56,001 nucleotides of DNA from Cyanophora paradoxa CCMP329 (Eukaryota; Plantae; Glaucophyta), in NCBI GenBank assembly GCA_004431415.1, contig QPMI01000304.1, positions 1 through 56,001 on the forward strand, read 5' to 3'. Shown one piece after another: positions 11,701 through 24,395 of the stretch. The translations under genes and the position numbers were made by a program. How positions within the stretch are numbered: the first letter of the stretch is position 1; every line of letters starts with the position of its first letter. Under the pieces are notes generated by a model that ran no database searches, was not told the DNA's origin, and worked only from the letters and a program-made list of their open reading frames with translations.

Positions 11701-11792
11701 CGCCCGCTGATGCTAGGCAGGGGTGCGGCCGCAAACCGCCCAACGGGAAGAATTTCGAATTCGAGAAAAAAAAGCGCGCCTTCTGGCAGACC

Positions 11793-14162
11793 ATGTCGGG
11801 CTCGCGCGGTAGGCGCGCTTGGAGCGTTGAGGACGACAAGACGCTTTTAGTCGCTGGCTTTGCGCCGACCGCGGACGGCGCGTCGAGGGAGCGCGTTCTA
11901 TGCCTTTGCTTCGCGGAGACCGGCCCATTCGACATCGTCGAAGACAATGCGACCTTCACGGTGCTCGCCGGCGCCGGCGCAGCGTCCGCAGCCCGCCCGA
12001 TCGCGAGCGCCGCCGCCGCAGCACCTGCAGGACCGGGTGTTGATGGCGCTGGTGCGCGTGCGCGCTCCAGACGGCGTGGAAGACAGAGAAGCATGGATCC
12101 GCATCGCCTCGGAGGCGCGCACTGGCGTGAGAGAGTCGTCGCGGCCCGCTCGGCGCCGCCGCTTAATGCCCTCGCAGTTCCAGACGACGCCGGAGATCGT
12201 TCAAGCGCGATGGAGGCACCTTAAGCGCATAGGCAAGCGGCTCATGAAGCGCTCGAGTGCCGCGTCGATCGCTTCATCAGGTGCGCGGTGACTCGGCCGC
12301 GGCGCGGTCGCTTAGAGCTTTCGAGTGGCCGCTGACGCGGTGACGCGCACGGCAGCGGGAGACGAGCCGCCAGCGGATGAGCCGCCAGAGAAGCGGAGGA
12401 AGCGCTCGTCGGAGCTCGCGGCGCCGGTGGAGGCAGAAGAGTCCGCGCCACCCAAAGCGACCGGCGCGCGCGAGAAGCGCTCGTCGGCGGCAGCGGCAGC
12501 CGCGGAGGAGCAGCCACCGCATAGTGAGGACGCCAGGACGCCCGGAAAGCGCCCTTCGGCAAAGGCTGGGCGCAGGAAGAGCACGGCGGCGAGCGAGGCG
12601 GAGGCCCCGGCCCCCGACGGTGCGCGCCCCGGCCTGCGCCCGCCCCGCCCCGCCGCTGCCGCCCCTGACCTGCTGCGCGATGTAGAGCACGAGCCGGAGG
12701 CCGCCTCGTCCTCGTCGAACAAGAAGAAGAAGAGGAAGGGCGAGAGGAGGCGGGACGCGGGGGACTCGGAGGGCGCCGAGCCCGCGGCGGGCGGGGAGGC
12801 GGCGGGGGAGCCCCAGGGATGGGATGCCGCCGCTGGGGAGGAGACAGCGACTGCGGGGGAAGCGGAGGAGGCGGCGGCCTCGCCCGCGGAATCGCAGAAG
12901 AAGCGGAAGAAGAAGAAGGGCAGCAGGGGCGGGGGTGAGCCGCGCGCTCCGGGCCTCCGCGCGGCGCTCACGGGCCCGCAGAGGACGGCGAGGCGGCGGG
13001 CGCGGAGGAGCTGCCGGGTGCGCGATGGAAGGCGCGGGGCTGGCGTGGCAGCTAACTGGGGCCGGGGCCGGGGCGGGCAGAGGCGCCGGTCTGGGAGGAG
13101 CCGGGGGCCCAGGCGGCGGAGGCGGAGCGCGGGGCGAGGAAGGAGGAGAAGAAGAAGCGGGGGGGGCGGCGGGCGACGGAGGAGGCGGAGGGGGAGGGCC
13201 CGCAGGCCTCCCCGGCCCCCGAGGAGGCCGACCCGGAGGGTCCGCGGCGCCCGCCAGCCCTCCCCCTGCGGCCCGCGCGCGCTGATGCCGGCACCGCGGC
13301 CACAGCGCCGGCGGAGAGCGAGAGGAGGCCCAAGAAGGGGAAGGGGAGGAAGGGCGAGGCGCCGGCCCCCGCCGCCCCGGCCCCCTTCGAGGAGCACCGG
13401 GGGCGCGCGTCCCGGCGGCGCTCCCGAGCCGGCGAGGAGGCGGCAGGGCGGCCCCCGCAAGCGGAGGAGGAGGACGACGAGGAGGAGGGCGGGGGCGGGT
13501 CGGAGGGCGAGGCGGAGGCGGAGAGATGGTGCGCTGCCCGGGCGGGCCCTCGGCGGCTCCCCCGCCTCACGGGCGCCCCGGGCCCCGCAGCGCCGCCTGC
13601 AGGAGGCGCTTCGGGGCGCGCCGCTGCGAGCGCGTGCCGGGCGGGGACGGCCGCTGCCGGCGCTGCGCCGCCCCGGTCTTCCCCCGAAGAGGGCGGCCGC
13701 CGGGCCCGGGCGGGCGGGGGCGACGCCGGCGACGCCGGGCGGCGGCTGCGGCGCCTGGCCGGCTCCTCCCCCGAGGCGAGCGACGCGGAGGAGGCCCCGG
13801 CGCGCCCCGGGGGCGGCGCCTCGGGATCGGAGTCGGAGGGGAGCGGGTCGGAGTGGGCGGAGGGGGAGGCCGAGGAGGTGGCCCCCGGGCACGAGTCCGA
13901 GTCCGGGGACGACGAGGAGGCCGTCCGCGGCGAGGAGCTCGGCAGGCCCGCCCGCCCCATTCCCTCCCCCCCGGGCCCCCCTGACAGGGCGCGGGGGGGC
14001 AGCGAGGACACGGAGGGGGAGGGGAGCGAGGGGACGTCGGAGTACTCGCGGGGCTCCTTCGTGGTCTCCGACTCGGAGGTGGACCCCCCCGAGGGCCCCG
14101 AGGCCGAGGAGCCCGAGTTCGACTTCGCCGCCCTCCGCCGCCGCCCCGCCCGCCCCGCCTAG
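11793..14162 (+). CDS. Myb/SANT-like DNA-binding protein with a long charged low-complexity tail
   Basis: RRAWSVEDDKTL, EAWIRIASE...TPEIVQARWRHLKR, followed by KKKRK- and E/D/S-rich tracts. Ends FDFAALRRRPARPA*. Apparent frameshifts in G/C runs. Confidence 0.55.
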
Positions 14163-14201
14163 ACCCTCCTCGAGACCACATCCAGAGGCTCGATTCCGTA
14201 A

Positions 14202-15526
14202 CTAGGCGCTCCTAGACCAGGTCGTCCGGGCCGCTGGGCGAGCGGGAGCGGGAGCGGGAGCGGGGGCGGGCGGGCGGCTGCGCGAGGGCCCCGCCGGCGA
14301 CGGCGATGGAGGCGCGCGCCCGGGGCCGGGGCCGCGGGCGTGCGCCACGCCGTGGGGCGGCTCGCGGTCGGGGGGCGAGGGCGGCGGGGTGCGCTTGCCG
14401 GGGCGGGCCTCGCGATCGAGGGGGGCGGCGGGGGACCCGGGCGCAGGGGCGGGCCTGGCGGAGGTGTGGCGGGCGACGAGGGCGAGCCCCGCGAGGACGA
14501 GGGCGGCGCCGAGGAAGGCGGCGCCCCGGGGCCGCTCGCCCAGCAGGAGGTTGGCGCCCAGGGCCGCCACGATGGGCTGGAGGAGGGCGTAGGAGGAGAG
14601 GGTGACGGGGGAGACGAGCTTCGCGCAGCGGGAGACGATGCCGTAGCCCACGACGCCCGTGAGGACGCCGGCGTAGAGGACCCCCCAGAGAGCCCCCGCC
14701 GCCACCGCCGGCCCCGCCTCGAAGGCCGCCGCGTACGGGAGGGCGAGGAGGACGATGGCGATCGCGCCGCGGGCGTAGACGCGGGAGAGGTACCAGAAGG
14801 GGGGCACCACGGCGAGCACGCGCCGCTGCAGGACGATGGCGACCGAGTAGCAGACCGTGCCCGCGATCACGAGGGCGGCCCCCAGGGGGACGCTCCCCTC
14901 GGCGGCCCCGGGGGCGCGGACGGCGGAGACGCCGCCGCCGAGGACGCCCATGGTGAGGAGGGACCCAGCGAGGCTGCACGCGAGCCCGCCGCCCAGCGAG
15001 GGCGAGAAGCTGTCCTCCCCCAGCCCGATCGAGATCTGCCCGGCCGCCGCGCGCGGGTCGGGCCTCGGCTGGCCATGGCGAGCAGGCGGAGGAGAGGGCG
15101 GGGCGCACGAGTGCGACGTACAGGGGCACGAGGGAGGTCAAGACCGCAGTGGCTGTCGCCCCCAGGTTCGCTCTGCGCGGCGTGAGACGATGCAGCGCTA
15201 GCTCGCGCTTGGGCCGGCTGGGACGGCGGGCAGGGGATCGGCGGCTCGGCTCACACTCCGAGGGCCATGAAGGGCTGGTTGATGCCGACGGCGAGCGTCC
15301 CGAGCAGCAGGAGCCGACCCGAACTCACAGCGTTCTCCGGCGGGGGCTTCTCATAGCGCGCGAGCCAGTACAACAGAGGTAGGGAGATCAGGTTGCGGAA
15401 TAGCGCGTACAAGGGTCCGGGGATAGTCTGCGTGGCTGACTTGGCGACTACGGCCTGCCCACCGAAGATTACTTGGCACGCCGCGAGAGCCAGATGGACA
15501 AGCGGCCGCTGCTGCAGCTGCGCCAT
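14202..15526 (-). CDS. EamA/DMT (WAT1-like) transporter
   Basis: Many hydrophobic helices: QVIFGGQAVVAK, ALFRNLISLPLL, LLGTLAVGINQ, VLYAGVLTGVVGY, SPVTLSSYALLQPIVAAL, LLGE, GAALVLAGLALV. Confidence 0.85.
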
Positions 15527-15902
15527 CCGGGATCCCGTCCCCACCCGTACCGGTCCCCGACGTCGGCCGCACGCGCTGCGGGCCCCGCTGGCGGCAACTT
15601 GGCGTTGCTCGTCTCGTGACGTGCGTTCGCTGGATATACCTACGGCGCCTACGCTGCGGGCCTCCGGTCGATGCAGTCTGCGCGGTTCGTCTCGTGACGT
15701 AACGGGAGTCTCACAGTGCTCTAGATTACTCGCAGCGCCTTCTCTACGTTGAGCGGTGTACGGTACTGGTTTGCGCCGTCGCGAGATGACCGGGTCAGAC
15801 CTGCTTTTGGCGGGGTACGCTCGCAAAGACGAGCTGGTTCAATACTCGGCCTGGTCGAACGACGAGCGGAGCGGATCGGCGCACGAGATCGGCGCGGATT
15901 GA

Positions 15903-17949
15903 ATGCCTCGCGTCGCGGCGCCGCCGGCACCCTGGGCCGAGCTGGCACGGGCCCGCGCATGCGTACAAGGCGGTGGATCGGCGGCCGCGGCGCGCGGCGC
16001 GGCAGAGGGAGCACTGCAGCGGAGTGCGCAGCATTCATTCGACTTCATCCTCACAACTACGCGACCCGGAAGGAGGAGAGCTGCGCAACTCCCCCCGCAG
16101 AAGCCGCAGGGCGATGAAACGCAGAAACACGGCCAGCGCCGCCTCCTCGGCGCGTGCGCCGGGCTCTTCGCCGGCGCGGGGCTCCTGGACTTCTGCGGGC
16201 GCCACTGGGCAAACTTGAGGGCGTGTGCGATCGAGGCGGGCCTCGCGGCCGGCTCGGTACGCCCCATCCGAGCCGCCCCCCACCTCGCTCCCCGCACCCT
16301 TCACCCTTCTTCAGTTCGTCGCCACCGAGCGCATCGTATCCTTCCTCACCACTGACCGCCCCGCCGCCGACGAGGTTCCTCCGTCCCGCACCCCCCTGCC
16401 ATCGCGCCTGACGCGCTCTGGCGCGATGGCACAGTTCTTCACGTTCTTCGGCATCCCTTTCCTCGGTGCGCCGTTTATTCCCGTCGCCGCGGGGCCCTCG
16501 TCTCAGGCGCCGGCGCAGCGTTCCCCCTGTACGCGTGCCTGGGGACGAAGCTGCGCCCGATCGACCCGGCGCGCTTCGAGCGGCATGGGGCGAAGGCGGC
16601 CGGGGCGGGCCCCGTGCGGGTCTTCAAGACGGCGTTCAAGTGCCTCGGGGTGGAGATCGCGCTGAACCAGGCGCTGGGCCTCGCGGGGAGCGTCCTGGAG
16701 GACGGCGGGCAGGAGCTCGCCAGCGACCTCCGCGGCCTCCTCTCCGAGAGCCGCCTCCGCTTCTCCCGCCCACCCCGCGACCGCCCCTTCCACATCCGCG
16801 CCCGCCTCGCCTCCGTCGCCGCCTCCGTAGCCCCGCCGCGCAGCCGCCGACGCCCGGGGGTGCACGCGCACCTCCCCGCCGCGATCCGGCCCCCGCCCCG
16901 GCGCCACGGGCGGCACCACGACCCGCTCCCGCCGGGCATACGGGCGCGCCCCGCGCCACTCCGCGCTCCGGCGGCCTGGAGCGCTGAGGGGGCGCGGGGC
17001 GCAGGACGTGTGGGGGCGGCTGCCGCGGCGGCTGCCGGGGCTGCCCGCGTGGCTGCCGGAGGGGCGGCGGGTGGTGGAGGACGCGGTGATGCCGGCCGTC
17101 TGCGAGGAGTTCTACTTCCGCTACCTGCTCTTCCGCCGCCTCGAGGCGCAGGCCGGCAAGATCCCCGCCCAGGCCCGTCCCCGCCCCCCCCCCCCCCCCC
17201 CCACCCCTGAGCCCCCCGCAGGCCATCAGTGCCACCCTCTTCGCGTGGGTGGGACCTCCCCGCCTCGCCCCGCCGGCGCCGCCCGCGTCGCCCGCCCGCC
17301 CGCTCAGCCCCGCCGCCCCGCCCGAAGGCCCACGAGTACACCAGCACCCGCATCCTCCTCGAGGTGCGCTGTACCCCCGCCCCCGCCCCCCTCCACTCGC
17401 CCCACTTCAACCGCCGGCAGGTGGAGTCGCTGCGCGCCGTCGTGCGGCCCCGCCCTCCGGACCTGGCCTCTCCGCAGCAGACGCAGAGGGGGCCGGGGCG
17501 CGCAGGCTGCTGTGCTGTGCTCGGTGTTCGGGGGGCCCGAGAGCAGCGCGCACTGCCGCAGCCTGGACGACAAGGTCCCTCGCCGCTGCTCCCGCCCGCA
17601 CGGCGCCCCCTTCGGACGCACCCCAACTCGCCCGGGCGACAGATGGATGAGTTCAGGGCAGTTGCGCGCGAGGAGGGCCTCTCCCCCACCTGGCGCGAGG
17701 CCAGCGCCCCGCGCCCCGGCCCCGCCCCCGCGCCCCCCGACCCTCACCCGCACCCCGCCCCCTCCCCGCGCAGATCGGGATGAACGCGGCGGGGTACATC
17801 CCCTTCGGCTGGTGGAGCGCCGAGTCGTACGTCGAGACCGGCTGCTCCCTCGCCGCCCCCATCGCCATGGTCCGCGCCCGTACCCCGGGCCCGCCGCAGT
17901 TCAGCTCCTACAACCCGGGCCCCAGAGCCTTAGCATCCCCTGGATCTAG
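15903..17949 (+). CDS. CPBP/Abi (CAAX prenyl protease type II)-like membrane protein
   Basis: VMPAVCEEFYFRYLLF (EExxxR motif), then AISATLFA and AHEY. Ends are uncertain. Confidence 0.55.
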
Positions 17950-18338
17950 ATGCCATGCAGACGATCGCGCGGCTCAGCGCCGCTCACGTCTGATTCGGGA
18001 TGGCCGTGGGGCACCCGCGCGCACTGCGGCAGCACTTCGGGAACAACTACCTCGCGCTCACGCTGGAGAAGCTCTTCGGCGACGAGGAGTAGCCGTGCTA
18101 GCTCCGAGGCCCCCTAGCTCGCAGCTGCCGCTCCCTCGAGCTCATATGCAGATCAGCTGCAGCGTTCCCCGCGGCCGCAGCGCTTGCCAAGTTGCGCAGC
18201 AGCAGTGGCCTGCGTACGCGTACCGTAGTACGCCGCGCGCGGTATAAATCAGACGACATGTACAAGCTCAAGAATTCGACCTCGACCTAGCTAGGCCGCG
18301 GCAGTGCACGGCGACCTAGCTAAGAATTCGACCTAGCC

Positions 18339-18410
18339 ACGTGCACGGCGCGCGCTCACGCGTACGCGCGCGCGCGTACCGTAGTACGCGTGAGCGCGCG
18401 CCGTGCACGT
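18339..18410. repeat. Perfect 27-bp inverted repeat with an 18-nt loop
   Basis: ACGTGCACGGCGCGCGCTCACGCGTAC (18339-18365) and its exact reverse complement (18384-18410). Confidence 0.9.
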
Positions 18411-18714
18411 ACACGTACGCGTGGCCGTGGCCGGCGCCGGCACCGGGCGCCCGGCGGCCGGCGCTGCGGCGGGCCAGACTGTCGTTACGCTCGACTTAAG
18501 TCTGCTTCCTTTGCCTTGCAGCGCGCATGCAGCAGGCTGCAGCAGCTACGTGTACTGCTAGCGCTAGCGCTGCAATGAGTTCTGGTCCCTTCGATCACGT
18601 ACCCCCCTCAAAGCTCGAGGTTCGAGAGTCAGCGAGAGCTGCGCGGCCGCGGAGCCAGCTGCTGGCGGCGGGCTTCAATTGCAAGCGGCTGCTTCAGCAG
18701 CTCCTGGGCTAGCA

Positions 18715-21537
18715 ATGGCAGCCGGGCCTGCGATGCCCGACAGCCGCCCCCCGACTGCGGCCGGAGCCGCAGGACTCGCTCCGGGGCCAGCAGCGGGAAC
18801 CAGCAGGGCGACCCTCGCAGACTTCGCGGACCTTGCCAGAATCGGAAAAGGCTCATATGGCACTGTTTACCGTGCCCGGCGTAAGTTGTGGGGAATGTTA
18901 CGTGGCTCTGCGGAGGAGCTGACGCCGAGCTCAGGGAAGGCGGATTCCAAGATTTACTGCCTCAAGGCATTGAGTATGATCGATTTGAAGCGGGAGGAGC
19001 AGCTCCAGATACTCAGCGAAGGTGAGTGCCGAAAGCGGCTGCAGAGGATTGGCGTTTCGCGGCGAGCCTGCGGGGCTTAGGTTGAGCCTTCTTTCAGTCA
19101 CTTTAAGCCTCGAAATGAGCTTGCCATGCCTCTTAGCTAGCCAGCCCGAAGCCTGGCAGCGGGCTGGCCGGCCCCGTTACAGGCTCCGCCGCTGACTGCG
19201 GCGCGGCGCAGTCAAGATCCTCGCATCGCTCGACAATGAGAGCATCGTCAGATACTACGACTGCTTCATCGACTCGGTGCGGCTGCCGGGCCCCGCCCCC
19301 GCGCCGGCGCGCGTTGCGCTCGCCGCCAGCAAACGCCGACGGGGGCGGGGCGGCAGAGCACACTGTACATCGTGATGGAGTGGCTGCCGAACGGCACGCT
19401 ATCCCAGCGCGTTGCCTCCGGTCGCCTCCTCCCCGAGGGTCCGCCCCCTTGCCCTCCCGCCCCGCCCGCCCCGCCCGCCCTCTCACGGCCCGGCGTCGCC
19501 GCGCAGAGACCATCTGGCGGTTCTTCATACAGACGCTGATCGGCCTGCACCGTGCGCTGCCGCTGGCTCGCCTCGCCGGCGCCGGCGGGGGCGAGATGAC
19601 TGAGAGGGCCCGGGGCAGACATCCACTCGCGGGCGATCCTCCACCGCGACATCAAGCTCTCCAACCTCCTCCTCGACGCCGCCGACAACGTCAAGATCGG
19701 TGCCCCCCGCCGCCCTCGCACCCGTCCCGCCCCGCGCCTGAACTTCGGAGCCCCGCCGCCCGGCAGCGGACTTCGGGGTGGCCCGCGTGCTCTCGCCCGC
19801 CCAGCAGTTCGCCTCCACCATCGTCGGTGAGCGGCGCCGGCGGGACGCGAGCGGGGCGCCCCCGGGCGGGCCCCGACGGGGGCGGGGCGGCAGGGACGCC
19901 GTACTACCTGAGCCCCGAGATGTGCGACGAGCAGCACTACAACGACAAGTCCGACGTCTGGGCCCTCGGGCGCGCCCGCGCGCCCCAACCCCTCCCCTCC
20001 GGCGTCTGATGCGAGGGGGCGCAGAGTGTGCCTGTACGAGCTGGCGGCGCTGAGCAAGCCCTTCGAGGCGAAGACGCACGGCGCCCTCATACTCAAGATC
20101 CTCCGCGCCCACTACAAGCCCCTCCCGCCCCGCTACAGCCCCGAGCTCGCCGCCACCGTCGCCGCCTGCCTCGCCCGCGACCGCAAGCAGCGGCCCAGCA
20201 CCGGCCAGCTCCTCGCCTCCCCCGCCATCCAGGGCCGCGCCGCCGCCCTCGGCATCCCCCTGCCCCTCTCCTCCCCCGTCCCCCACCGGCCCTCCCCCGC
20301 CGCCCCCCGCTCCCTCCCCGCTTCCGCCCGCTCCCTCGCCCCGCCCTCCCCCTCCCAGCGCCGCCCCGACGCCCACCCCGCCGTCCCCCGTTAGCGCTGC
20401 AGCGCCCAGCGCCGTGCCGGGGCCGCCGGGCCTGCCGGTGGGCGGGGGGTGGCGCCCGCGGGCGGACTCGGAGGCGGCGCTTTCGGCGCAGGCGTCGCGC
20501 AGGCGGAGCGCGAGCGCCCCGGCGAGCCGCGCCAACTCCTCCCGTCCCTCCGGCCCCTCCCGGGCCCCGCCCCGCCCCGCCCCTGACCACCGGCCCCCTC
20601 CCCGCCCCGGAGCCCCGCGCGCCTCCGCCCGCGGCCCCGCCCCGCCGGCGGCGGCGCCGGGGCTGGCGTCGCAGCGGCCCTCGTCGGCGAGCCTGACGCA
20701 GGCGGCGGCGGCGGCGGCGGCCTCGGCGGCGGGGGGCGGCGGGAGCGCCTTCCTGGGGCGCGCGGCTGCCGTCTCACGTCTCAGCGCCGAGAGCCTCGAG
20801 CGGCCGGCCCCCGCGCCGACCGCGGGGCCCCGCGCGCCCTCACCGCCCGCCCCGCCTCCACGGGGGCCCATTCCGCGCTGCCCCCAGCCAAGGGGCAGGG
20901 CCCGCGCTCGGCGTGGGGCGACGAGGCGGGCCCCGCCGCTCCGCCCACGCCGCCGCGGACGGCCCCCACCCCGCCGGCGACGCGCCCGCCCACCGCGGCG
21001 GGCCCCGCGCGGCCGGCGACGGCGCGGGGCCCGCCGGCGGAGGCCTTCGGGACGGTCGCCGCGAAGGCGCCCGGGGCGTCGAGGCGGGCGGGGGCGGATG
21101 CGGAGGCGGCGGAGGCGGCGGCGGAGGTGGCGCGGCTGCCGGAGACGGTGACGGCCTCGCCGCGCGGGGGCGAGAAGGCGGGGGCGGCGGCCCTCCTGCA
21201 GCGCATGGCGCTCGCGCAGGCGCTGGCCCGCTCGGGGCGGCTCTCGGTGCCGCTCGGCTCGGCGCAGCGCATCCAGGCCGCCGGCGTCCAGCAGCTCTTC
21301 GACGCCTACTCCGCCGCCCAGGCCTTCCCCGCCCCGCGCCCCTTCGCCGCCACCCCGCCCCGGGCGCCCCGCGCCCGGCGACCGCCGCCGCCGCCCTCCG
21401 GCCCCAGTCGGGCCCCCTGCTCCGCGAGCCCGTGCGCCGCCGCCCCTCCCCGCCCCCTGCGCCCCGCCCTCCTCTCACCCGCCCCGCAGCTCGTCCGCGC
21501 CCCGCTCATCGCCGGCGCCCGCGACAAATCGTTCTAG
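18715..21537 (+). CDS. NEK: NIMA-related (NEK) Ser/Thr kinase
   Basis: [68 protein letters not shown]. An extra upstream exon near 18575 is possible. Confidence 0.92.
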
Positions 21538-21900
21538 GCGGCCGGGCCCCCCGAGGCGCTTCTCAGCGCCGCTGCGAGGCGCTGGATGGAGTCAAGAGGA
21601 CGAACCGCGCCGCTCCTCCTTGTCCGCCATCCGATCATGATCCTCGAGATCACAGTCACCCTGGCACTGGGCCGCCGGGCCCTCCTGGCGCGTTTTCGCA
21701 CGCGCGCGATAAATAGAGTTTGAATTCTAGGGGAGGGGCCAGCTTGCAGGCCCTGGCCCCCGCATTTTGCAACGTTCGCTTCGTAGCCTAGTAGTAGCAA
21801 GTTCCGCTTCTCATTATTCATTCGCACCCGGCGGTGCTTGCACCGCCCCTGTCCTAGTTTATGTACCCGCAATGTAACTTATTCAGGCTGGGGGGCGGGG

Positions 21901-24314
21901 CTACCGGGGCCGGGATGCGAAGAAGGCTACAGCGGCGAGGGCGAGGAGGCGGAGGAGGGCGCCGAGGGGGTCGGCGTCGGGGTCCGGGGCGCGGGCCCCC
22001 GCGGCGGCGGCGGAGCGGTGGCGGGCGCGGGCGGCGCGCTGGCGGTCGAGGGCGGCGGCGGCGGCGTGGTCGGTGCGGACGAGGAACTGGAGGAGGGCCT
22101 CGGCGGTGGCGGCCTCGGCGGCGAGGCGGGCGGGGTCGGGCCCCTGGAGGAGCACCGAGGCGGGGTAGGACCAGTAGTTCTCCGTGGCCCCCACGCGCTC
22201 CCCGGGGGCGACGAGGACGCGCGCCTCCCGCACGCTCGGCAGGCGCCGCACCTCGGCCAGGCCGGCCACCTCGACGAGCACCCCCGGCTCCAGCTCCGGC
22301 TGCGGGCAGAAGCAGTGCAGCAGGAACTCCGGCGGCCTCACCCCGCGCCCCGGGAGGGCGCTGGCGGGGGGGCGGCGGGGCGGGGCGGCGGGGGCGGCGA
22401 AGGCGTCGACGGAGGCGGCGAAGAGGTCGAAGGGGAGGACGCGGCGGATCTGGAGTGGCCGGTTGCCCCCGCACAGGCGCGCCCCCACCTCGATCAGCAC
22501 CGGCTCCGCCCCGCCCGCCCCCGTCGGGTCCAGCTTCAGCTCCACGTGCGCCGGCCCTGCCCCGCGTCACCGCGGGCCGGGGCGCACGCCCGGAGCCGGA
22601 GCCGGGGGCGGCGCACCGCGCTCGATGCCGACGGCGGCGGCGACGCGGCGCGCGTAGTCGATGGCGGGGGCGAGGGACGGGTCCGTGCAGTCCAGCAGCG
22701 CCGCCCGCCGGTAGAGCATCACTACGGCCGGCGCGGTGAGCGGGCCTGGGGCGGGGGAGAGGGGCGGGCGGGGGGCGCCGTGGTCGGGGGAGAGGAACTT
22801 GTCGTAGCGCCAGAGATCGGTGGGGGCGGGCGGGGAGCCGTCCCCCGGGGCGAAGAGGTTGACGGCGAGCTCCTCCCCGGGCACGAACTCCTCCACCACC
22901 ACCTGCCCAGTGCCGGAAGGTTAAGGAAGTTGGTTAGCCATTAGGTGAAGCTAGCGACCGAAGCCCCGGTGAACGGCGCACCGCCGCCGCTGCTCGCCCG
23001 CTGAAGAAGTCCAGCTGCCCCGCACCCGCCCCCGCGTCGGACCCTCGGCCCGAGCGGGGCGGTGCGGGGCGGGGCGGGGCGGGGCGGGCGCCTCGTCGAA
23101 GATCTGGTCGACGCGGGCCTGGAGCTCCTCGAGGGAGAAGACGACGTAGTTGGAGGCGGTGCCCATCCCCCGCGACGTCTTCGCCACCACCGGGAACCCG
23201 CCCCCGCTCGCCTTCTTGACCGCCCGCGCGACCCCCGCCCGCGCCGGCGAGTGCAGCAGCGCAAAGCGCGCCACGCGCAGGCCCGCCCTCGCGCACGCCC
23301 GCTTCATCTCCGCCTTGTCCCGCCGCGCGGCGAGCAGGGGCAGGGGGTTGTGGGGGAGCTCGAGGCAGCAAGCCACGACGTCCGCTGCGGGGGCCGGCGG
23401 GCAGGCAAGCAAAGCGTAGGCGCCTCAGCCGAACAGAGAAAGAAGGAAGGGAGGGCGGGCGCGCCCATCTCCGCGCCAATGTCGGAGGTGACGCCACAGC
23501 AGCCTGCCGGGCGCCCTTAGCGCCGCGCTGGGCCGCGGGCACGGAGCGCGCGCGCGCGGACCAACGTAGCGCAGGCCGTGCTCCTCCGCGAGCGCGCTCA
23601 GCTCCGCGAGCGCTGCGAGCGGCGGCGCGGCGGCGCTGAGGGGCCGAGAGGCGAGCAGGGCGCCAAGGAAGCGCAGCAGCTCACCCCACTGGATGTCCGC
23701 CACCTCGTTGATCCGCGGGTGCAGGACGTGCGCGAAGCCGGCGTGGTCGGCCCGCGCGATGATCCCCTCGCTGCTCCCGGCGCCCATGCGCATGCCTTCA
23801 AGCCGTGACATGAAGAGCGCGACGGGGACGAATCCCCGCGCCTGCGCGGGGCGCGTCGGCGGCGTCTTAGCCAAGGCGGCGACCCAGCGCTTGCGCGGGG
23901 CACCTGCGCGGCCTTCCGCATCTCGTCCGCATAATCGCCGCCGTCCTGCCGTGTGCGAATCGTTAGCTGCCGAAGTTCGTGCGCCAATCAGCGACAATTC
24001 GCCTGGCGGCGCACCGGGTCGCAAACGATGAACGCGGCACGACCGCGCGCCGGCCGCGCGGCGTCATCGGGCGCGCGCCGCGGCCTTGCATTCGGCGCTA
24101 CCCTCGCCAGCTTGGAGTAGACCCCTTGCTGGCAGCAGCGCTCCCGAAACCTTACAGCAGCCTCCTCAGCTTGGTACACACGCCGCACGGCTGCAGTTAC
24201 GGGAGACCGTCGCCCGACTAGGGCGCTCGAGCGCAGTTCGCAAAACCGCGTATCCCCCGACGGCTCAGACCGTATGTGAGTCAGACAGTACTCAGACTTA
24301 TCAGACTTGCGCAT
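21901..24314 (-). CDS. ATP-grasp domain ligase (L-amino-acid ligase-like); 5' end uncertain
   Basis: FIVCDP, ARRDKAEMK, FPVVAK, VVEEFVPGEELAVN, TDLWRYDK, GPAHVELK, PVLIEVGARLCGG. Confidence 0.8.
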
Positions 24315-24395
24315 CCCACCGCGCAAACCGGGCGCGGCACGGCTACGGCAAGGCGAACGTACGTATACGGATATTATGGACCTGCCGTATTGCGC

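Noticed and set aside
12900-14160. Programmed frameshifts or pseudogenisation in GC-rich gene ends (also around 5040, 16585 and 49830)
   Set aside because: The shifts coincide with G/C homopolymers and are more likely sequencing or assembly indels or unrecognised introns.
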